A stretch of 36,053 nucleotides of DNA from a virus. Its lineage: Duplodnaviria > Caudoviricetes. A program made the position numbers and the translations under genes. The stretch is taken from IMG/VR virus record IMGVR_UViG_3300033562_001181, positions 1 to 36,053 of that record; one strand, given 5' to 3'. Below are positions 1-5,704 of the stretch, piece by piece (the first letter of the stretch is position 1; the number at the start of each line of letters is the position of its first letter). A model generated the notes under the pieces. That model saw nothing but the letters and a program-made list of their open reading frames with translations, was not told where the DNA came from and ran no database searches.

Positions 1-13
1 CATTAAACACAAG

Positions 14-87
14 CAGGGAATGAAGGGCTTGAACCTCCAACATTCGCTTTTGGAGAGCGACACTCTAGCCAATTGAGTTAATTCCCT
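14..87 (-). tRNA. tRNA-Trp(CCA)
   Basis: Cloverleaf: acceptor AGGGAAT/ATTCCCT, G73; anticodon arm TCGCT-CT CCA AA-AGCGA; T loop TTCAAGC; no 3' CCA encoded. Confidence 0.93.
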
Positions 88-93
88 ATTCTA

Positions 94-426
94 TCACCCT
101 TTGTACAATTCACATTGAGAGTCTTTATTACCATATCGATTCTTAATCGCATAGTAATAATCACCTCGAACTTCTATAGCAGCTTCAGCATATTTGAGTT
201 TGCTCATATATGAATCAGCGCCTTTGATGTTATCTTTAATTGCCTTCTGATAGTCTTTGAAATCTTGAACGGGCATTTCATCAAATCGACTATCAGATTC
301 AGTTGCAATGCAAAATAGTGTAGTTACTAGATGACCATCGTGATTACGACAGTAAGTAACATCGATTACTTCAACAACTCGCAATTCAATCCGAGTTCTG
401 GTGTAAAATGGAACCGTGAACTTCAA
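94..426 (-). CDS. hypothetical protein within tRNA array
   Basis: 110-aa ORF filling the gap between tRNA-like elements, GAGG upstream of TTG start, same strand as the array. Confidence 0.6.
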   Translation of the reverse strand: MKFTVPFYTRTRIELRVVEVIDVTYCRNHDGHLVTTLFCIATESDSRFDEMPVQDFKDYQKAIKDNIKGADSYMSKLKYAEAAIEVRGDYYYAIKNRYGNKDSQCELYKG

Positions 427-450
427 TTTAACCTCAAACGTGAATGGTTA

Positions 451-525
451 TTGCAGCATCTGGAATCGAACCAGACCCTCTCTCCTATGATACGGAAAGT
501 ATACTCCAATTGAACTTTACGTCCA
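451..525 (-). pseudogene. degenerate tRNA-like element (8-nt anticodon loop, broken acceptor stem)
   Basis: Perfect T arm TCTGG-TTCGATT-CCAGA and D-loop-like AATTGG; stem CTTTCC/GGAGAG closes loop GTATCATA; acceptor strands pair poorly. Confidence 0.55.
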
Positions 526-550
526 ATCTCCCAATGTACGATACTGCGAG

Positions 551-622
551 TCCCGGTGGAGGATTTCGAAACCTCAACCTTTTCCGTATGAAGGAACTGC
601 TCGGCCTTCGAGCTGCACCGGG
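551..622 (-). tRNA. tRNA-Met/Ile2 (CAT)
   Basis: Acceptor CCCGGTG/CACCGGG, A73; D stem GCTC/GAGC; anticodon loop TT CAT AC; T arm GAGGT-TTCGAAA-TCCTC. Confidence 0.85.
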
Positions 623-635
623 GTTAACTATTCTA

Positions 636-707
636 TCCGAGTACAAGGATTCGAACCTTGACAACAACCTTATAAGAGTCGCGTGCTAACCTCTACACCA
701 TACTCGG
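636..707 (-). tRNA. tRNA-Ile(TAT)
   Basis: Acceptor CCGAGTA/TACTCGG, A73; anticodon arm CGACT-CT TAT AA-GGTTG; T arm CAAGG-TTCGAAT-CCTTG. Confidence 0.9.
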
Positions 708-847
708 AGTTTGATGACCCAAGTCTACAATAGTCATCAGCCGTTCTATACAAGAATCTGTAACACTTTTCCAGAACATTACAGCTTCTACGGATTTGGG
801 TTTTGCATAGGTAGATAGTCACATAAAATATAGAAGAATATGATTCT

Positions 848-2200
848 TCACTTTTTTATGCTTACAGCATGAAGCTGGTTCGTTGTTAAACGAACAGGGC
901 TGACTACGAAGCCCTCTATCAAGTCAGCTTTGGACCATAGGTCCCAAGCGTTCGAGATTACTTTTTTGAGGATGTTCGCTCCACCTTGAATGTCAGCGTT
1001 AACCAAGTGTCCGTTTTTGGTTTGAAAGAGTCCTCTCCTGACTCTTTTACCAACATACGAATTGTGGAATTCGATTGATTCCCCATCGAGGAAGCTACAT
1101 TTAGATGTGTAGCTTTCTTCGGAGACATCGGAAGTTCTTCCAATGTTTGCCCACTTGTATCTGAACATCTCTATGAATCGAGCATGAGGTATTTGCACAA
1201 AGTTTTGGTTATTCACCTTACCCATATTGGTGTCTTGTTTCCAACCGACATTTTTTCCGATAACAACGGAAAAAACATCTGAGGATACTAATTGATTCAC
1301 CAACAAAGTAGAGGCTTTGTGCAAAAAGTCCTTGATTTTGTTATGTCGTTTCCGACACAACACCTTAATCTTCCGGGTAATGTTCTTCTTTCCACGTTTG
1401 CTTACGCAAACATCTAATGCAGATCTCAATTCGGCCAACCGTTTGTTGAAGAATTGATTCATCGATTTCAACGGACGACCGTTGATTATGAAATTACGCT
1501 TTGACTTGTTTGTGGTTGCAACTGCAACCAAATTGTTTACTCCTAGATCAATGCCTGCAAGATATGAACCCTTCGAAGCTTCCACGGGTTTTACCCGTGG
1601 GACTGCATACCTAACGATCACTTCATATCGGTCATATACAGGTCTAATAATGACGCTTCGAAGATTGCAAACATCTCGAACGAAAACTTCGCCTGTTTCT
1701 TTGTTGATCTCTTCGAGTTCTACCTGTTCGAGTGTCCTTCGCAGAGGAATCATGAATCCAAGCGAAGATAGCTTCAGAAATCCCTCTCTGAGGGGTTTCT
1801 TGGCTATGGCTTGAATGTTGAACTCTACTAAAGATCTACCAGTTTTAGTATTCTTGTACTTTGGTGGCTTTGGTTCGGACAAAAACTTCTCCGGATTTTT
1901 TCGGAAAGCTGCAATTGCTTTGTAGTATCCGTTCCATGCATCGGTTACGTTTTTGACCGTTAGTTGTGCCAGCTTTGCTGGCATTTTAGCGTATGCTTCG
2001 TGTAATTGCATAACTTTTGCAAGTTTAGCAAAGCCTACTGTTTTGATTGATCGGTCAGGATCGAAGAATCGTTGTCTTTGATAGTAATTTGCACTATTGT
2101 ACAAATCTTTAGATTTCTTACAGATCGAATCACACTCCAGCCATGCTGGAGTGTTGCGTGCGATCTGATAGCTGTCAACCTTGTAAGAAATCTCAGTCAT
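848..2200 (-). CDS. tnpB: RNA-guided endonuclease TnpB (IS607-type)
   Basis: N-terminal SKDLYNSANY; RuvC-I GIDLGVNN; VIGKN followed by EESYTSK (relocated Glu); RuvC-III NADIQGGANI; C-terminal IEGFVVSPVRL. Confidence 0.95.
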   Translation of the reverse strand: MTEISYKVDSYQIARNTPAWLECDSICKKSKDLYNSANYYQRQRFFDPDRSIKTVGFAKLAKVMQLHEAYAKMPAKLAQLTVKNVTDAWNGYYKAIAAFRKNPEKFLSEPKPPKYKNTKTGRSLVEFNIQAIAKKPLREGFLKLSSLGFMIPLRRTLEQVELEEINKETGEVFVRDVCNLRSVIIRPVYDRYEVIVRYAVPRVKPVEASKGSYLAGIDLGVNNLVAVATTNKSKRNFIINGRPLKSMNQFFNKRLAELRSALDVCVSKRGKKNITRKIKVLCRKRHNKIKDFLHKASTLLVNQLVSSDVFSVVIGKNVGWKQDTNMGKVNNQNFVQIPHARFIEMFRYKWANIGRTSDVSEESYTSKCSFLDGESIEFHNSYVGKRVRRGLFQTKNGHLVNADIQGGANILKKVISNAWDLWSKADLIEGFVVSPVRLTTNQLHAVSIKK

Positions 2201-2285
2201 CTCTTTTCAATTCTTGGATTAGTTTTTCTGTCATTCTTCGTGTACGTCTTCGACCGTAAAGCCTTGCAGTGAACGATGTAACTAC
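2193..2285 (-). pseudogene. tnpA: C-terminal remnant of IS607 serine-recombinase TnpA
   Basis: Translates VVTSFTARLYGRRRTRRMTEKLIQELKRDD*, matching the IS607 TnpA SF.ARLYG.R tail; two stops immediately upstream; overlaps tnpB start by 8 nt. Confidence 0.85.
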
Positions 2286-2526
2286 TTATTAATATACGAC
2301 TACGAAAATCTACAAAAAGACATAAAACAATGATACTTATCTAATACTGGAATATCCATGATCCTACTTTATTCTCCCGTGTTATCAGTTGAGATTCCAT
2401 CCATAAATTGGATGTTTTCGTGTCACATCGAAGGGTTATTAGATGAAAAAGACACTTTTTCGAAATCGGACGAACCTAAAGGAGAACTAGAACCCAATAC
2501 TCCTTGTTAATCTCTAGAATCTCAAG

Positions 2527-2600
2527 TTGCGTGGGCTGGATTTGAACCAGCGACCTTCAGCTTATGAGGCTGACGAGCTACCAGACTGCTCTACCTCGCA
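2527..2600 (-). tRNA. tRNA-Met(CAT), initiator-like scaffold
   Basis: TGCGAGG/CCACGCA, A73; A11:U24; T loop TTCAAAT; anticodon arm TCAGC-CT CAT AA-GCTGA. Confidence 0.92.
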
Positions 2601-2609
2601 AGTAATTAA

Positions 2610-2727
2610 TTGTGGATCGCATTTACTTGAATGCCGTCTTAAAGCATAGTAAATGTTTCATGATGGATTTCGAAGGTCACTAGGCTCCACCAAGACTGAA
2701 GGTAGCCTACGATCACTAGATCCACAA
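2610..2727 (-). ncRNA. putative ~118-nt structured RNA with kissing loops
   Basis: Closing stem TTGTGGATC/GATCCACAA; hairpins TAGGCT/AGCCTA and CATTTACT/AGTAAATG; loops GTCTT and AAGAC are complementary; fills the gap between two tRNAs. Confidence 0.65.
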
Positions 2728-2729
2728 AG

Positions 2730-2830
2730 TCGGAATGACGGGATTTGAACCCATAACCACCTGCTCTCCCAGTCCACCATATAGATGGACTCGCCAAAGC
2801 AGGTACTCTACCAAATTGAGCTACATTCCG
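2730..2830 (-). tRNA. tRNA-Pro(TGG) with 27-nt intron-like insert (2767-2793)
   Basis: CGGAATG/CATTCCG, A73; removing CGAGTCCATCTATATGGTGGACTGGGA restores CCTGC-TT TGG GA-GCAGG; D and T arms canonical. Confidence 0.88.
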
Positions 2831-2835
2831 ATTTA

Positions 2836-2872
2836 GTCCAGCATCCTCAATAGGTCTGTATAGATACTGGAC
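2836..2872 (-). other. 10-bp hairpin immediately upstream of tRNA-Pro
   Basis: GTCCAGTATC/GATGCTGGAC with a G-U pair on the minus strand. Confidence 0.6.
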
Positions 2873-2879
2873 GAAGTGT

Positions 2880-2950
2880 TTTGAGTTGCGGTTCGTTAAT
2901 CCGCTTCACCGTTCTCCACGAACGGTAATCCTACTTTAGACGAAACTCAA
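2880..2950 (-). ncRNA. atypical tRNA-like RNA (Glu/Gln-like D arm, loop CG TGG AG, non-canonical T loop)
   Basis: Acceptor TTGAGTT/AACTCAA, A73; D stem GTCT/GGAT; stem ACCGTT/AACGGT; T arm GCGG/CCGC with loop lacking TTCRA. Confidence 0.6.
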
Positions 2951-2954
2951 ATTC

Positions 2955-3890
2955 CTATTTCTTCTCAAGAATTCCCATTTTTATGAATCTCTTGTAAACC
3001 GCCACATGAGAAACTCCAAACAATGAACCTATTTCTCTACATGACATGACTTTCTTCAATTCAATTGCTTCTTCAATCGAAGGGTCAAATTTTCGCCTAG
3101 CTTTCATGTTAGCTATCGCTTTTTCTTTTTTTAATTTCTTATTGACTACAGCTTTTTCTTTCTTCTCTTTCACTGTGGTAGTCAATCCGAAAGACTTTAA
3201 TATATCGCAGATTGTTCCTTTAGATGCTTTTAATTCATTTGCAATGTCAATTATTCGCATCCCGTTTTCAAACTTAGACTTGACAATGTCTCTATCGAGC
3301 TTAGGTTGTATTTCTTTAATATGGTTTGAATGATATTCTATTTCATCTGCATACTTTACATCAAAATCAAAATCGTAATGTTCTTCTGCATGGCATTGAG
3401 CACATAGAACAACACATTTGCCTAGTTCAGCCTTGACAATATCTGTGATGTTCCCATCGACTATCATACCTCTCATAGCATTTACTGCATCGGAAAGATC
3501 AAAGTTTTTAGTAGAAGGATCGATATGGTGAAAATCCAATGCACTGACATTTTTAGAGTATCCGCACTTAATACAAGAACATGTTCCAATGTGATTTAGT
3601 AGCTGAATCTTTATTTCATTTTTATGAGTTAAATTCAATGAATCAAATGGAGCATGTTTATCTCTATGGCAGTTCCTGCATAGTAATTCACACTTCTTAG
3701 CTTCCCTTAGCAGTGTGCTTATTCTACTATCTGATGTTCCTATTGTAAATGATTTAACATCTTCACCTTTATGATGAAAATCATAGAGGCGATATGTATC
3801 ACCACATATAGAACATCTATTGCCTAGTAGATTTGTTAACCATTTACGTTTAGCTTTAGTTCTTATTCTTGTTAGGATATACTTGTTCAT
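2955..3890 (-). CDS. free-standing HNH endonuclease, two HNH/Zn modules plus C-terminal HTHs
   Basis: CSICG..DFHH..LCRNCHRDKH and CIKCGY..LDFHHIDP..LCAQCHAEEH; C-terminal IANELKASKGTI and REIGSLFGVSHVAV; CTAAATA 6 nt before ATG. Confidence 0.88.
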   Translation of the reverse strand: MNKYILTRIRTKAKRKWLTNLLGNRCSICGDTYRLYDFHHKGEDVKSFTIGTSDSRISTLLREAKKCELLCRNCHRDKHAPFDSLNLTHKNEIKIQLLNHIGTCSCIKCGYSKNVSALDFHHIDPSTKNFDLSDAVNAMRGMIVDGNITDIVKAELGKCVVLCAQCHAEEHYDFDFDVKYADEIEYHSNHIKEIQPKLDRDIVKSKFENGMRIIDIANELKASKGTICDILKSFGLTTTVKEKKEKAVVNKKLKKEKAIANMKARRKFDPSIEEAIELKKVMSCREIGSLFGVSHVAVYKRFIKMGILEKK

Positions 3891-3930
3891 TTCAAGTATT
3901 TAGATGTCGAACCTAACAAAAATAACTTAA

Positions 3931-4003
3931 CAGACGGAGAGGGACTCGAACCCCCACATCAACTGATTAACAGTCAGCTCGCGTACCATTTGCGTATCCG
4001 TCT
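3931..4003 (-). tRNA. tRNA-Asn(GTT)
   Basis: AGACGGA/TCCGTCT, G73; GCTGA-CT GTT AA-TCAGT; T loop TTCGAGT. Confidence 0.93.
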
Positions 4004-4014
4004 ATGCTCAAAAA

Positions 4015-4085
4015 TGGACCAACTCAGAATCGAACTGAGATTATCGCAGTGCAGGTGCGAGGTTCTACCATTAAACTAAAGGCCC
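4015..4085 (-). tRNA. tRNA-Ala(TGC)
   Basis: G3:U70, A73; TCGCA-CC TGC AC-TGCGA (C33 instead of U33); T arm CTCAG-TTCGATT-CTGAG. Confidence 0.88.
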
Positions 4086-4089
4086 GTTA

Positions 4090-4654
4090 AATGATTTTTC
4101 AGTGAACCATCTTCACACTATAAAAGTGTTAGGTCGTATAGGATTCTAACCGTTCTACCGAAAGTATGCAAAATTAGACAAGCCTGATTTTACGCTTCCG
4201 ATTTCTTGCTTCAACGACCAGCACTGTTTAGCTTTCACCAAACTGCAACCTCCGATCTCTGCAAGCGTCAGGCTTTGCCTTGGCAAGGCCGGATTTCGGC
4301 GGAACTCGCCGTATCCTGCACTGTTTTTCAAGTGCAATGTTGCGTTTCCGCAACGATTTGACCATTTCTGGTCTGGTTGTTGGCCAAAGGCCAACGATTT
4401 AGATGTCGAATCGTCAAACAAATCAATGCTTGATTTGGTGGCCTTGTGGTCACCTCTTCATCTAAACTTTATTGTAGCAAACTTTGCCACAAAACTCTAC
4501 TCTTTTTTGAGGAATCTTGAGATCCCTCAAAAATGCACACTTTTATCTAAGTTTACTCAGTTTCTCACAGATTTTTAGATGCTGTTAGAAACCTACTCCG
4601 AAGAACCTAGATAGTCGCATCTCTATCATCAGCTATGGATCTCCGAAAATCATT
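4090..4654 (-). ncRNA. putative large ornate structured RNA (~565 nt; 3' ~375 nt most structured)
   Basis: More than a dozen hairpins, three GAAA tetraloops and a C(UUCG)G, G-U pairs mostly favouring the minus strand, long-range AAGCCTGA/TCAGGCTT, pseudoknot GGTCGT/ACGACC, terminal AATGATTTT/AAAATCATT; no convincing ORF. Confidence 0.7.
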
Positions 4655-4664
4655 ATCTCAAAAG

Positions 4665-4750
4665 TGCGTGGACTAGGACTCGAACCTAGAAGATCCTTTC
4701 AGATCACGGCTTATCAGACCGTTCGCTTGAACCAGTTTGCATATCCACGC
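4665..4750 (-). tRNA. class II (long variable arm) tRNA with anticodon GAT (nominal Ile, Leu-like body)
   Basis: GCGTGGA/TCCACGC, A73; ACGGT-CT GAT AA-GCCGT; variable arm GATCT-GAAA-GGATC; T arm CTAGG-TTCGAGT-CCTAG. Confidence 0.9.
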
Positions 4751-4777
4751 CTTAAATATTAGTTCGAATTATTTTAG

Positions 4778-4853
4778 TGCCCCCAGTCGGACTCGAACCG
4801 ACCACCTTTGGATTTTCAGTCCAACGCTCTGACCTCGTATGAGCTACAGGGGC
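4778..4853 (-). tRNA. tRNA-Phe(GAA)
   Basis: GCCCCTG/TGGGGGC, A73; TTGGA-CT GAA AA-TCCAA; T arm GTCGG-TTCGAGT-CCGAC. Confidence 0.94.
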
Positions 4854-4981
4854 ATTTGAGTCTTGATGCGTATTTGGCTGACTCATCGCCATATGTGATG
4901 CACACCTCACCTTGCAAGATCCTCTGAGTATATCTCTTGCACGTTCTAATCAACCTCATCGATTGCCCTCAGTAGAAGCAA

Positions 4982-5053
4982 AGCACTAGACAGGGCTTGA
5001 ACCTGCAACCAAATGCGTGGAAGGCATTGACTCTACCATTGAGTTACTAGTGC
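4982..5053 (-). tRNA. tRNA-Gly(TCC)
   Basis: GCACTAG/CTAGTGC, U73; AATGC-CT TCC AC-GCATT. Confidence 0.94.
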
Positions 5054-5076
5054 ATTATATATGTTTAATGGAACAG

Positions 5077-5149
5077 TACGCCTATCGCGGTTCGAACGCG
5101 AAGCCTGAACATTAGAAGTGTCCTGCTCATCCAATTGAGCTTTAGGCGC
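5077..5149 (-). tRNA. tRNA-Arg(TCT)
   Basis: GCGCCTA/TAGGCGT, A73; GGACA-CT TCT AA-TGTTC; T arm TCGCG-TTCGAAC-CGCGA. Confidence 0.93.
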
Positions 5150-5154
5150 ATTAT

Positions 5155-5365
5155 TTCTGTAGACGGAATCGAACCGTCCGAGTAAATCACCTCAGCGCCT
5201 GTGACAGCCCAAGGCAAACCACCTCTCAGACTGCAAGCAGTCTTTAAGATGTCTCTACCCGCAACAGTTTGTGACTGAGTTTCTATCCTTGGCTGGATGC
5301 CAGTTCAATACTCGCCAGTCGGTATCTGTTTCGTTCACAATATTTTCGTAAAGTGAACCGCGACC
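5155..5365 (-). ncRNA. putative ~210-nt structured RNA ending in a tRNA T arm
   Basis: 3' GACGG-TTCGATT-CCGTC preceded by long-range CGAGTA/TACTCG; internal CCAAGG/CCTTGG, AGACTGC/GCAGTCT, GTTCAC/GTGAAC; no acceptor stem. Confidence 0.6.
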
Positions 5366-5369
5366 AAGA

Positions 5370-5405
5370 TTGTCAAAGAATCTCAATTAGAGACTGGGTG
5401 TCTCT
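5370..5405 (-). promoter_or_regulatory. rRNA-leader-like boxB hairpin plus boxA antitermination signal
   Basis: AGAGAC-ACCCA-GTCTCT hairpin followed by TTCTTTGACAA just downstream of the proximal promoter. Confidence 0.6.
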
Positions 5406-5412
5406 GTAATCA

Positions 5413-5704
5413 AAAGTAACTTAGTTTCTCGTTACTATCAACTTCAAAAGAATTTCGCTTGGTTTCCCTTGCCTCGTTCCTTGCTGCCGACCCTAACAAG
5501 ATAACTTAAGAGTTTCGACTTGTCAACCAGTTTTTCAGAGGTCTTTCGAAGCTGCCTTCGTTGTCTCTCTGCTGGTGTATCTCTAAGATAACCTAGAGAC
5601 CTTGACTCGTCAACTACTTTTTTCTCTTCCGCTCAACTAGGCCCTTTGGCTTTACTCTCAGGTCCTATACATACAATTATAACGTACTTCTGTAAGCTCG
5701 TCAT
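5413..5704 (-). promoter_or_regulatory. four tandem sigma70-type promoters for the tRNA array
   Basis: ATGACG-17-TATAAT (5704-5676), TTGACG-17-TATCTT (5613-5585), TTGACA-17-TATCTT (5526-5498), TTGATA-17-TACTTT (5441-5413). Confidence 0.85.

Larger units (their letters stand above)
810..2350 (-). mobile_element. non-autonomous IS607-family element (tnpA internally deleted, tnpB intact); ends approximate
   Basis: tnpB preceded by an overlapping C-terminal fragment of IS607 TnpA; both ends carry TAGATA inverted and ACATAAAA direct motifs; a GG/CC dinucleotide at 810-811 and 2349-2350 is a candidate core. Confidence 0.75.

Noticed and set aside
331-689. ORFs 331-513, 444-689 and 485-667
   Set aside because: They overlap tRNA genes or a better ORF; shadow frames.
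714-2510. 85-aa plus-strand ORF restored by excising the IS607 element at the GG dinucleotides
   Set aside because: A minus-strand frame also reads through the junction, there is no RBS and it is antisense to the array; too weak to call a gene or to prove the boundaries.
2610-2727. 5S rRNA, SRP RNA or hammerhead identity
   Set aside because: Similar size, but lacks CCGAAC, the SRP helix-8 motif and the CUGANGA/NUH core.
4176-4285. RNase P P4 or group II intron domain V resemblance (AAGCCTGA...AAAATCAGGCTT)
   Set aside because: No bulged U or GAGGAAAGUCC, and no 2-nt bulge or domain VI; superficial only.
4155-4421. 88-aa minus-strand ORF
   Set aside because: No RBS, unprotein-like, and coincides with dense hairpins better explained as RNA structure.
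5155-5365. tmRNA or split tRNA
   Set aside because: No Ala acceptor stem, no tag ORF, and no complementary 5' half seen nearby.
5413-5704. CRISPR-like periodic array
   Set aside because: The ~87-bp periodicity comes from promoter hexamers only; no identical repeats and no cas genes.
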